Positions 52,380 through 64,000 of a DNA stretch of 64,000 nucleotides are shown piece by piece. The position numbers and the translations under genes are program-made. The DNA lies in NCBI GenBank assembly GCA_964016885.1, contig OZ024753.1, positions 47,182,001 through 47,246,000 on the forward strand, in the 5' to 3' direction. The notes under the pieces were generated by a model that saw only the letters and a list, made by a program, of their open reading frames with translations, was not told the DNA's origin and did not search any database. Every line of letters begins with the position of its first letter. The stretch's first letter is position 1. The stretch comes from Eledone cirrhosa. Taxonomy: Eukaryota.

Positions 52380-55006
52380 GGACCTCTTGATAAGACGAAA
52401 TGACCTGTATAATTTTTTTTCATATTTAGATGGAATAGAAGAAAAAGAAGAGAAATGAAAGCAATGAAATTAAGTTTTAGAGAAAATATACGCCAACGAC
52501 AATGGAGGTATGATTTCAGTTTAATCTTAACCTAATGACCACTTTACAGAGTGTACTGGGTGTGTTTTACCTCGCTATGTTTACTGTAAACCCTAGATAA
52601 CGAATGCCTTGTTGAGTGTTGTGAATTGTGAACGTGAGGTTGTGTTGTGGGGTTGCTTGGTGAGATTGCATAAGAAGGGTGTTGTGAGTTTGCATTATGA
52701 TGTAGCTTTGTGAGGCTTTGTTGTGAATTGATAAATATTTGAAAACACACCTCTGTCCCCTCAACAGTCAGTCAGTCATTTTCTACTAAAACTCATTGAT
52801 GCGAGTCCCTAGCATTGTATCTGTAAGTACATTATGACTATTTTCTCTTGGTGGACTTGACATTCAAAGATATTTGTATATATTTTGTTGATGTTGTTTG
52901 TTAGTTAGGAAATTGCTTAAAAGCTACTTTGATCACAGCACTTTGTAAAGGCAACATATGTTTAAGATTCTTTTTTCTTTTATTTTTGTTATTCAGATGA
53001 CAGAGAAGGCAAAGAAAGGCACAGAAGAAAAGAACAATGACGATTATTATTATTATTATTACTATTATTATTTGTTTTATTATAATCAAAATATGCTGTT
53101 AGTTTGCCTGCTATCCCACTACGTGCCTGCTATCGCACTCGATCTTTTGTGTACGTTTTATATAATTTATGCCAGTTCCGTTTCTGCATATCGAACATGG
53201 CCATTTCCCTGACGGAATAGAGTTTTGTCCTCTTTTCTACTCATCAACACTCATTCGTGACACAAAGTACAGCGGCATCATTGCGGACAGACTTAATCCC
53301 GATTTGCACTGACACACTGCCTTGCAGTACGGAACAGCGCACGTCGTCGAGCAGCCTCCTTGCATGCTAAGTACACCTGACATCTAGCTTCTCTCTTAGC
53401 GGCTGTATATTCTTCTCTACTCGCACTAATTTTGCAAGCATTCCATGCTAGTCTTTAGTCTCCAATGGCCCGATCTACCGTGCTGTCCCACCACCATGTC
53501 ACTCACTGTCTGGTTGGAACTCTGATCCAGCCACAAGTTTCATCAGTAACCTGCAGTAAGGTATCGCATAAGAAATTCCAGTTATCATCTATGTTGTACG
53601 ACTCTAAATCGTCTTCTTTTTCATCATACACATATTGAAGGGCTTTCCTAAATTTGTATTTTAGTGAGAGCTCTTTTAGCTTCCAGACCTTTCTTTTTTC
53701 CACACCTTCCTGTATGTCTCATTCAGTCTCTTGCTTGGGGTACATTCTTCCCCGGGGTATGCCTTTGTATTTGACACCATCTGCCTGTCCCGCTGCCTAA
53801 CTAGCAAGAAGTCAATCTGGCTTATGTGCTTGCCTGATTTGTAGGTTATTAGGTGGTTGGCAGATTTGTGTAAGTTAGTGTTGTAGATGGTTAGTGCAAT
53901 TGCATCGCAAAATTCAAGAAGTTTCACTGCTTCATTTCTTAAGCCGTAAGTGTGCCCAACATGTACCTCAGTGTAACCATCGTAGAGCTGTCCAACATGA
54001 CCATTGAAATCCCCTGCTAGCATAACGATGTCTCCGTCCTGTCATTGTGGCTGTTTGTAAAAATTGCTTGTAAATGCAGAATTTCTTGTCTTTACCTAGC
54101 AGCAGTTTCTTGCTCTCAATTAACCCTAAAACTAGCCGTAACGCTAACAGTAACACTAACCGTAACACTAACTTATGCAGGCCTAGGTAAAGACGAGAAA
54201 GATAAAACAAGGAGTGATGCTATTTGAATTTTGTGATGCAAGTGTTTTAACCATTTGCAAAACCAACTTCCGCAAACCTGCCAACTGCCTAATAACCTAC
54301 AAATTAGGCAAGCACAGAAGCCGGATTTCTCGGTAGTTAGGCAGCGAGACAGACAGATGGTGTGAAGTACCAGGGTGTGCCCCGGGGAGGACTGTTTCCC
54401 ACAGCGTGGGTTGGTTGTTGGTGATGTCTCGGTGATCCTGAGACGGAGTGAGGAGGGTGTTTATAGGTAAATAGATAGACTGATGCATAGATATATAGAT
54501 AGACTGATGCATAGATATATAGAGAGCATCATTATCATCGTCTGTTCATCATTTTACGTCCGCTTTTCCCTGCTTGAAAGGGTGGGACAGGTCCTCTTGA
54601 GCAAAGCATCTCTTCACTTGTCACGGTCCTTCGTCATCTCCTTGGTGAGTTTCAGCGATCTGAAGTCGGCTCTCACCACCTCCACCCATGTTTTTCGTGG
54701 TCTTCCTCTACTGCGTCTCCCTTCTTTACCCAGCGCTCAACCTCCATGCGCATCACATGTCCATACCATCTCAGTCCTCTCTTGCACACCACAACTTATC
54801 CCTCTTAAACACAGTTTCTCTCTCAACTCGTTTATGCTTGGTCGTTCCCGCACATTGACATTGCACATCCAACGGAGCGTGCTTGCTTCATTTCTCTCCA
54901 GCCATCGCATACCCTCTGCAGTTGCTGTCCATGTTTCACTACCATGCAGGGTCGCACATCTCGCATAGGCATCATGTAACCACACTTTCGTACGCATATA
55001 TATATT

Positions 55007-55045
<39 letters not shown>

Positions 55046-55989
55046 ATGTATATATATGTATGTATATATTTGTCCTGGGTATGACATTAAACTACATCCA
55101 GTGGCAAGGCTCAAGTTCAGGAGGAACTGTGGGGAACATGGAGTTACCCCCTTAGTTGTCATAACTCCCAGGTCTGCTCTGGCCTGGTGTAGTAGTACCT
55201 GTTGGGGCCCCATTTATAGGTTAAATAATAAGATGACAGATCGGCGTACCCTATCAAAGGCCTTCTCTAGGTCAACAAAGGCTAAGTATAGTGGCTTATT
55301 TTTCTCTAAGAACCTCTCTTGTAATTGTCTCATCAAGAAGAGGGCATCTGTTGTACTATTCCCAGGCACAAAACCAAACTGCATCTCATCTAGTTTGACC
55401 CTTTCTCTAATTAGTTGTGCTAATATCCTTTCTGCCACTTTCATAACCTGATCCATCAGTTTTATATCCCTATAATTTCTCCTCTCAAGAGCGTCCCCTT
55501 TACTTTTGCACTAGTCTTTGGGTATGGCACTGCCATATATAGCCTGATTGATGATGTGTGCAACCAGTTTAGTGCCTACGTCCCCTGAGGCCTTCAGCAT
55601 CTCAGCAACTATCTCCGATGGTCCAGCAGCCTCACCATTTTTCATTTCCTTAATCGCCTCTTGGACCCTATATTCGTTAATCTCAATAGCTGGTCCCTCT
55701 GTCTGATCTACTGAGGGTAATTTCTCTCTCTCCCATATATATATATATATATCTTGAAAGATTTGTAAATGTCTGAGAGATTGGCTAAATGTTTTACAGT
55801 GTACTGTGCCACTAAACTGCACCATACTAAATTACACTACACTACACTGCACTGCACTGCACTGCACTGCACTCTCTAACGCTAGTGTTTTGTGTTTTGC
55901 AGGTATGACCAGTAAGAGCGAGGAAGTTATTTCAAAGGATTTTCGTAATTAAACACTTTTTTTACCATTATTTTAAGGTATTATCTCGG

Positions 55990-56020
<31 letters not shown>

Positions 56021-58608
56021 GGACCTCTTGATAAGACGAAATGACCTGTATAATTTTTTTTCATATTTAGATGGAATAGAAGAAAAAGAAGAGAAATGAA
56101 AGCAATGAAATTAAGTTTTAGAGAAAATATACGCCAACGACAATGGAGGTATGATTTCAGTTTAATCTTAACCTAATGACCACTTTACAGAGTGTACTGG
56201 GTGTGTTTTACCTCGCTATGTTTACTGTAAACCCTAGATAACGAATGCCTTGTTGAGTGTTGTGAATTGTGAACGTGAGGTTGTGTTGTGGGGTTGCTTG
56301 GTGAGGTTGCATAAGAAGGGTGTTGTGAGTTTGCATTATGATGTAGCTTTGTGAGGCTTTGTTGTGAATTGATAAATATTTGAAAACACACCTCTGTCCC
56401 TCAACAGTCAGTCAGTCATTTTCTACTAAAACTCATTGATGCGAGTCCCTAGCATTGTATCTGTAAGTACATTATGACTATTTTCTCTTGGTGGACTTGA
56501 CATTCAAAGATATTTGTATATATTTTGTTGATGTTGTTTGTTAGTTAGGAAATTGCTTAAAAGCTACTTTGATCACAGCACTTTGTAAAGGCAACATATG
56601 TTTAAGATTCTTTTTTTCTTTTATTTTTGTTATTCAGATGACAGAGAAGGCAAAGAAAGGCACAGAAGAAAAGAACAATGACGATTATTATTATTATTAT
56701 TACTATTATTATTTGTTTTATTATAATCAAAATATGCTGTTAGTTTGCCTGCTATCCCACTACGTGCCTGCTATCGCACTCGATCTTTTGTGTACGTTTT
56801 ATATAATTTATGCCAGTTCCGTTTCTGCATATCGAACATGGCCATTTCCCTGACGGAATAGAGTTTTGTCCTCTTTTCTACTCATCAACACTCATTCGTG
56901 ACACAAAGTACAGCGGCATCATTGCGGACAGACTTAATCCCGATTTGCACTGACACACTGCCTTGCAGTACGGAACAGCGCACGTCGTCGAGCAGCCTCC
57001 TTGCATGCTAAGTACACCTGACATCTAGCTTCTCTCTTAGCGGCTGTATATTCTTCTCTACTCGCACTAATTTTGCAAGCATTCCATGCTAGTCTTTAGT
57101 CTCCAATGGCCCGATCTACCGTGCTGTCCCACCACCATGTCACTCACTGTCTGGTTGGAACTCTGATCCAGCCACAAGTTTCATCAGTAACCTGCAGTAA
57201 GGTATCGCATAAGAAATTCCAGTTATCATCTATGTTGTACGACTCTAAATCGTCTTCTTTTTCATCATACACATATTGAAGGGCTTTCCTAAATTTGTAT
57301 TTTAGTGAGAGCTCTTTTAGCTTCCAGACCTTTCTTTTTTCCACACCTTCCTGTATGTCTCATTCAGTCTCTTGCTTGGGGTACATTCTTCCCCGGGGTA
57401 TGCCTTTGTATTTGACACCATCTGCCTGTCCCGCTGCCTAACTAGCAAGAAGTCAATCTGGCTTATGTGCTTGCCTGATTTGTAGGTTATTAGGTGGTTG
57501 GCAGATTTGTGTAAGTTAGTGTTGTAGATGATTAGTGCAATTGCATCGCAAAATTCAAGAAGTTTCACTGCTTCATTTCTTAAGCCGTAAGTGTGCCCAA
57601 CATGTACCTCAGTGTAACCATCGTAGAGCTGTCCAACATGACCATTGAAATCCCCTGCTAGCATAACGATGTCTCCGTCCTGTCATTGTGGCTGTTTGTA
57701 AAAATTGCTTGTAAATGCAGAATTTCTTTTCTTTACCTAGCAGCAGTTTCTTGCTCTCAATTAACCCTAAAACTAGCCGTAACGCTAACAGTAACACTAA
57801 CCGTAACACTAACTTATGCAGGCCTAGGTAAAGACGAGAAAGATAAAACAAGGAGTGATGCTATTTGAATTTTGTGATGCAAGTGTTTTAACCATTTGCA
57901 AAACCAACTTCCGCAAACCTGCCAACTGCCTAATAACCTACAAATTAGGCAAGCACAGAAGCCGGATTTCTCGGTAGTTAGGCAGCGAGACAGACAGATG
58001 GTGTGAAGTACCAGGGTGTGCCCCGGGGAGGACTGTTTCCCACAGCGTGGGTTGGTTGTTGGTGATGTCTCGGTGATCCTGAGACGGAGTGAGGAGGGTG
58101 TTTATAGGTAAATAGATAGACTGATGCACAGATATCTGGATAGATTGATAGAGAGATAGATATATAGAGAGCATCATTATCATCGTCTGTTCATCATTTT
58201 ACGTCCGCTTTTCCCTGCTTGAAAGGGTGGGACAGGTCCTCTTGAGCAAAGCATCTCTTCACTTGTCACGGTCCTTCGTCATCTCCTTGGTGAGTTTCAG
58301 CGATCTGAAGTCGGCTCTCACCACCTCCACCCATGTTTTTCGTGGTCTTCCTCTACTGCGTCTCCCTTCTTTACCCAGCGCTCAACCTCCATGCGCATCA
58401 CATGTCCATACCATCTCAGTCCTCTCTTGCACACCACAACTTATCCCTCTTAAACACAGTTTCTCTCTCAACTCGTTTATGCTTGGTCGTTCCCGCACAT
58501 TGACATTGCACATCCAACGGAGCGTGCTTGCTTCATTTCTCTCCAGCCATCGCATACCCTCTGCAGTTGCTGTCCATGTCTCACTACCATGCAGCATCGC
58601 GCATCTCA
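35049..58608. repeat. Tandem array B, ~3.66 kb unit, ~6.4 copies (unit starts 35049, 38711, 42374, 46041, 49681, 53346, 56987)
   Basis: GTCGAGCAGCCTCCTTGC recurs at these positions and near-identical ORFs recur (35379/39041/42704/46371/50011/53676/57317). Each unit comprises RTE EN, RT and 3' fragments, a SINE body, (ACTGC)n, poly-T and a non-TE segment. Confidence 0.98.
37623..38405 (+). pseudogene. Putative spliced lncRNA or gene fragment: four exon-like blocks (37623-37664, 37795-37872, 38133-38187, 38362 onward), present in six units of array B
   Basis: CTAAC branch site + TTTTGCAG acceptor; donors GTAATT, GTATGA and GTAAGT; pyrimidine-rich acceptors TTTAG, CAACAG and TTCAG. No long open frame after joining. 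Confidence 0.45.
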
Positions 58609-58610
58609 CT

Positions 58611-58641
<31 letters not shown>

Positions 58642-58659
58642 GTACATACATATATATTA

Positions 58660-59262
58660 TGTCAGGTCACCAGTTGGTGCTACTGGTAACATGTATCCCA
58701 GTACAACCTGTCTCCTGGTCGGGTCGTTGGCGACTAAACTGGCAACCCCACTAAGGTTTCTTGGTGAGGAGGGTGACTTTGGACATCCTGCAGGACTAAA
58801 AACAAAACCTGTCAAAGGGCAAAGGAGCTCTTAAGAGTCAATGGCCATCCAAAATCACCGGGAGAGATGACCCCTTAGCCTGTGTCAAGGCAGAATTCTA
58901 GAAGGAAAACTCTGATATAACACCTGCAACCCTGATGGTATCCAATGATGTTGACTTATTTTGCTTTTTGGTAAATATCATCTTGGTTAAGAGAGTGGGA
59001 CTGGCTTTGTGCAGTGCCTTTGCTCACTATAAAAGCTTCACAGCACAGGCATTGCTTTATATCTGGAGATCTCTCTGCACTCGTCGTCACATGGTACGAT
59101 TGGCCCAGCACTGTCAATAATTGTCACAAGTGTAGTGTTTGTACCAGAGTTTTCAAGTCACTGGCTGGACTAAAACGTCACACTCGTTCAGCCCATCGGT
59201 AGGGGTTCTCCTACATGGATATAAAGTAGGGGCCGTACTCGAAAAAGAGTTGGCAACCACCA
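58660..59262 (+). mobile_element. Non-autonomous bipartite RTE derivative (5' UTR joined to 3' terminus)
   Basis: RTE 5'-UTR-like AGAAGGAAAACTCTGATATAAAC at ~58900 (motif recall). The C2H2 terminus and 3' UTR match 27610-27735. Flanked by (TA)-rich microsatellite. Confidence 0.6.
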
Positions 59263-59318
59263 TATATATGTATATATGTATATATTTATATGTATGTATA
59301 TATGCATATATTTGTATG

Positions 59319-59355
<37 letters not shown>

Positions 59356-59409
59356 TTCTGGCTTTCTCTTATTTTCACTCACTCCTCCGCTAGCTCACTT
59401 CCTTCCTCG

Positions 59410-60700
59410 TCCGTAACTGTCTCTTCTCTTGCTCACACTTCTACAGTGAATGTGTCTTTTTTTCTTATCAAACCCGCCAGAACTTGTGTTCGAAATCAAT
59501 TGTTCACTCGTTTTTTTTTTTTTTTTTTTTTTCTTTCTTTTTGTTGCTTCAGCCTTTGTGTCTGTTTATATTTTCTCTCTCTCTCTCCCCTCTTTTTTAT
59601 CCCAATAACTTATTTTAGTTATTGTTCGGCCTAGGTTGAGGCATCTTGTCTCTAACGCGAAGAAATGCCTATGATTCCTAGCAGACAACTGACGATGGAT
59701 ATTGCCCTCTTTTGCCCGTAACTTTTATTTTGATTATATTTCAATGCAACCACACAGCTTGCCATTTTATTCACATAGTTTTCTTCTCAGTTGTGACCCA
59801 TCTCTCTTCTATCCCCTTGTTGCTATGCTCTCTCTCCCCCTTCTCCCTCTTCTGCTAGTCACCTTCTCTCGGCTAACCTGCCACTTCTAAAGCAGTCTCT
59901 TCTCTCACTCACACTGCTACAGTGAAGACATGCATTTTTTTTTCTCGTTAAACCCACCAGAACTTATGTTCAAAATGAGTTGTTGACTTGATTTTTCCTC
60001 TTTTCGTTTCTTCACCCTTCATGTGTGTATCCATTTTTCTCTCTCCCCCTTTTTTTATTCCAATAACTTATTTTAGTTATTGTTCGGCCTAGGTTGAGGC
60101 ATCTTGTCTCTAACGCGAAGAAATGCCTATGATTCCTAGCAGACAACTGACGATGGATATTGCCCTCTTTTGCCCGTAACTTTTATTTTGATTATATTTC
60201 AATGCAACCACACAGCTTGCCATTTTATTCACATAGTTTTCTTCTCAGTTGTGACCCATCTCTCTTCTATCCCCTTGTTGCTATGCTCTCTCTCCCCCTT
60301 CTCCCTCTTCTGCTAGTCACCTTCTCTCGGCTAACCTGCCACTTCTAAAGCAGTCTCTTCTCTCACTCACACTGCTACAGTGAAGACATGCATTTTTTTT
60401 TCTCGTTAAACCCACCAGAACTTATGTTCAAAATGAGTTGTTGACTTGATTTTTCCTCTTTTCGTTTCTTCACCCTTCATGTGTGTATCCATTTTTCTCT
60501 CTCCCCCTTTTTTTATTCCAATAACTTATTTTAGTTATTGTTCGCCCTAGGTTGAGGCATCTTGTCTCTAACGCGAAGAAATGCCTATGATTCCTAGCAG
60601 ACAACTGACGATGGATATTGCCCTCTTTTGCCCATAACTTTTCTTTTCATTATACTTAAATGCAACCACACAGCTTGCCATTTTATTCATAGTTTCCTTC
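59410..60700. repeat. 458-bp tandem repeat, ~2.4 near-identical copies plus a diverged 5' part
   Basis: Identical ORFs at 59702 and 60160. CTAGGTTGAGGCATCTTG at ~59631, ~60088 and ~60547. Confidence 0.95.
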
Positions 60701-60704
60701 TCCG

Positions 60705-60975
60705 CTGAGTTTTGTCCTCTTTTCTACTCATCAACAATTTTGTCTTAGCTATGTTCACTCTCAGTCCTCTTAATTCCAACTCTGTTTTCATAGCCAGAAT
60801 TTATTCTCAAGCTCTTCTACTGATTTTATCATCAGCATAGATAAGTTTCTGTAAACAGGATGTATTCCTACTTGTATCTGGAATTTGTCACTAAACTCCA
60901 TTCCTACCCTCACTTTACTGACAGCACCTCTGTACAAAGCTTGCAATGTCCTCACAAGCCATTCATCAACACCTA
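60705..60975 (-). mobile_element. RTE RT fragment
   Basis: GVDEWLVRTLQALYRGAVSKVRVG...SVEELENKF. Confidence 0.8.
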
Positions 60976-61222
60976 CACCGAAAAACAACCCAAACCAAAC
61001 CGTGTGTTCTGTTATTATTTCTTGCAATATTTATAACAATATGACTCTCCCCTGTTATAACTATATATATATATATATATATATATCGTCATACAAATAT
61101 GTATCGCAGCATTATCAATAAAGGACTTTAACATCTGAAAGTATTTCGCATTTTATCATTATATATATATATGCACACATACACACACATACACCGAGAG
61201 AGACGACATATATTTATATATG

Positions 61223-63615
61223 CTAGCTGAAGAACTGCCCTTTGGGCGTTTTTCTGCTAGTATATATAGACATAAGTTTTTGTAGTGTCCCTTTTCTATC
61301 ATTTAAAAAGAAACTGAAATGCATTTCAACTAAAAGAGTGATAGCTGTTTCACATGACTGTAGAATTTCTTTGTAGACACAGTTGCCAGCAAACAGACAC
61401 CTTTCATTTAATATTTTAATATTTTCTTTTTTGTGATAATGCAACATACGTGAGAATTGTGTTTGTAGATAAATGTCTGCCCTTGAAGGTTGTTTCAACT
61501 ATTTGTGGTCTATCACCATGACGTAGAACTGGAAGAATTTGGTTTTAGTCACCAGATACCACTAAATGGCTTTTTGCAATCTCGAACATCTTTGAAACTC
61601 CTGTCGGGCATTGAAAGATATTCTTATGTCCCATACCTCTCTCATCAATGATTAACAGGTCAGCTTGCTGCATAAGTTTACCTGTGTCATCCCTCTTTGT
61701 GAAGAAGCAAGTTGATTCAGCAGTCATATTGAGAGGAATCGTGCACTTGGAATGAAGAGTTCTTCGTTTGTGAAGCAAAGTGGCTGCTATTCCAGATATG
61801 GCAGTGGCAAGTGCAATTATTTTTTTACATTGGAGGTAATCCATTAGAATGCTTATGACCTGTACCTGCACTTGCATTCAAGCAGAAAATTCTGCCCTCA
61901 TTTTCATTTACAGAGGTAATTACTTTGTGAAAAAGAACCAGTTGCTGAGGATTCAATGTTGGCAGAAGTTGATTTATTTGTTTGCATGGACATGAATTGC
62001 TCATGATGTTCATGCATGATATCCTCTGCAAGACAATTCTTCTATTTCTCCCAGAACTGCAGAGGGTCATTTGGCATGCAGTGCAATTAAATGGTGCAGA
62101 AGATCTGTGGCAGCTGAGGACCAACAGACTAAGTTAATCTTTATATGAAGTTTACCCAGCCTTGTGATGTATGATCATTCTGAGGTAATATAATTCAGAT
62201 TGATGTCTTCTGAGAATGCGTCCAAGAGAGTCACTCATAAATTGTTGATCACCATCCAGATGTCCCCTTTTTTTCTTTGCCATTTTTTGTTTGTCCAAGT
62301 GAAATATTTAGGAATATCAATATACAATATATCTTGTTCCAGCGGGTCTCTAATATTCAGTTGAAAATATTCCGTGAACTTAGTCATTGGCTGTCCCCTA
62401 GAAAGAACTTTCTTCCTGCCCTTGCTCAAACACGACCATTTGTTCCCCAAGTAAATGGCAAGGCAACTTTCCAGAATGCTTCACTGGCTGAGATGTACCA
62501 TGCATTGATATAGGTCTCAATTTCATTTCGAGCATGGACACAATTTCCTCGATCATCGTTAATAGTGAAAGTGATTTTGTCTGATCCTTTTGTGATGTAC
62601 TTTAATTAGTTAACAGCCTTGACACTGTAGACAACCTCACAATTGACCATGCTATCTACCCCTTCTTCTATACTTTGAAAAGGAACTTTTGGCAACAAAT
62701 GCGGTTTGCCTTGGGATAACTGTTTGAGCATTGTTATTGTTGTCCTAGCCCTTCCTTTCATGAGCACATCATATTAACTTGTCCACATGGGCCATGAATG
62801 TTGCAAGATGGGGATGATCTTCTGTAGAATTGGAATCTCACAGTACACTACCTGATCAATGTCATCAGCAGTTTTGTGCTTACTATCTTCAGCCATTATC
62901 TGCAGAATATGAGCATGAGTGGGGCCTCGTTTCTGCCACTCTATTGTAGCAGAACGAGCAACAACTTTTCCTAGGACATTTTCTTTTTCAGTATGTCACC
63001 CATGAGGCTGTCATACTTGATGTTGAAGAATCTTGCACAAATATCAGGACGGTCTCTAGGTTCTTGACTAGGGTGCAAATTATTTTTTATTTCATCCCAG
63101 TTAGAGTTAGTTGTTACCGTGATGAAATAAGACGACTTTACCATGTCGAACCACAGTCATCGAATTCTGAAAGCACTCAGTGTAGAAGCGATTGGGAACC
63201 ATAGATTGAAGGTGGAAGAACAATTCTCCGGCCTTCATTTACTGAATCTCCCTCAGCATCATAGAAACCCTCATACTTTTCAGCTCACATCACGGTTCGA
63301 TTGTTACGGCCATTTTGAGGTGACAACATTGTATTTTTCCCTGGGCATCTACAGCATATTGCTGCATCAGCCACCTGCTCTTCACGACAACATTAGTCAC
63401 CTTGCCTAACCTGAAACCGATAACCAGTGGGTGTGAGTGTGTGGTTGTTGTCAATCCTTTTCAAACCAACCCGAAACCCATCATTCCCACAAGGAAACAG
63501 TAGCACAGGACAATATTCACATTTTCAGAGACTGGCATTTCAATGACTTTCTTGAAGCTTCTTATATGATAAATGTTACCTATGATCTTAAATGTGGGAC
63601 TAAACCCTGGCTTTC
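61223..63615 (-). mobile_element. Decayed Helitron (HUH Rep + PIF1 helicase) with 3' hairpin-CTAG end
   Basis: PGFSPTFKIIGNIYH, LLFPCGNDG, LMQQYAVD, IVLPPS, FITVTTN.NW, RPDICARFF, IEWQKRGPTHAHIL, T..TEYF.LN, A.SGIAATLL, LLIIDE, QILPV, YVALS...VYKEIL. Terminus GCCCAAAGGGC-N10-CTAG at 61247-61223. Confidence 0.93.
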
Positions 63616-63783
63616 TCCCCCCCCCCTCTCTCTCTCTCTCTCCCATACACTGACATAAGATCATATAATTCAGCATTGTGGCTGTCTGTAAAATGTGAAA
63701 AGAAAGGCAAGGTTTTAACTGACATATAATTAGATGTATGTATTTATGCCATGTGCGTTAATTTATATACGCACAATAGTCAG

Positions 63784-63850
63784 TCTCCTGATCTGTTACA
63801 AACACAATTCTCAGGGCGAAACAGATTAAATCTCTAATCTGTCCGGGAGA
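63784..63850 (+). ncRNA. Type I hammerhead ribozyme-like motif with a damaged core
   Basis: Stem I TCTCCTG/CGGGAGA; GGGC-GAA-ACAGATTA-AATCTC-TAATCTGT-C cleavage triplet. CTGATGA and the 5' side of stem II are partly deleted. Confidence 0.6.
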
Positions 63851-63972
63851 TGAAATAGTTATTGAAACGATGTGTACATTTTACTCTATCCTGTATTTTC
63901 CGTTTGCTCGCACGAGGTGAAATATTCATTCGTGTAGCTTTTAGTTTTAGGTGTTTGTCACATTTTATCTTA

Positions 63973-64000
63973 TCTCTCGCTGATGACGCCTACGGATTAT
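63973..64000 (+). ncRNA. Start of a second hammerhead-like motif, truncated by the window end
   Basis: TCTCTCG-CTGATGA-CGCC: intact core after a stem-I strand similar to the first copy. Confidence 0.45.

Noticed and set aside
63437-63658. Plus-strand ORF resembling Penelope RT (VTYDLKCGTKPW)
   Set aside because: The minus strand gives clearer Helitron motifs (PGFSPTFKIIGNIYH, LLFPCGNDG) colinear with the rest of the element.
61451-63813. 17-bp inverted match TACAAACACAATTCTCA between the Helitron and the hammerhead loop
   Set aside because: The first copy is Helitron coding sequence (YLQTQFS); one such AT-rich match is plausible by chance in 64 kb.

Overview
Eukaryotic, almost entirely repeat-derived DNA. 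The SINE and RTE-LINE sequences and the long (TA)n/(TACA)n tracts resemble what I recall from octopod cephalopods; this is an inference, not a database match. No intact protein-coding gene is visible. Layout: (1) 1-18760, a near-identical tandem array of a ~5.9 kb unit (3 full copies plus a partial one, continuing left of the window). Each unit holds a decayed CRE-clade (RT + restriction-like endonuclease) retrotransposon, RTE fragments, a CORE-type SINE, a 72-nt hairpin between direct repeats and a tRNA-like Pol III element. (2) 18760-35000, a mosaic of CR1/L2, RTE, CRE, Tigger/pogo, Merlin, Gypsy and SINE remnants, including a nearly full-length decayed RTE. (3) ~35050-58610, a second tandem array of a ~3.66 kb unit (6.4 copies, plus a diverged partial copy at 33.5-35 kb). 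Each unit is a patchwork of RTE pieces plus a ~0.8 kb non-TE segment with four exon-like blocks and canonical splice signals. (4) 58660-64000, a bipartite RTE derivative with a possible HDV-like ribozyme, a 458-bp tandem repeat, a decayed Helitron Rep-helicase with its 3' end, and type I hammerhead-ribozyme-like motifs at the window end. The best leads for something undescribed are the amplified spliced unit in array 2, the hairpin/Pol III module in array 1 and the ribozyme-like motifs. None can be confirmed from sequence alone.
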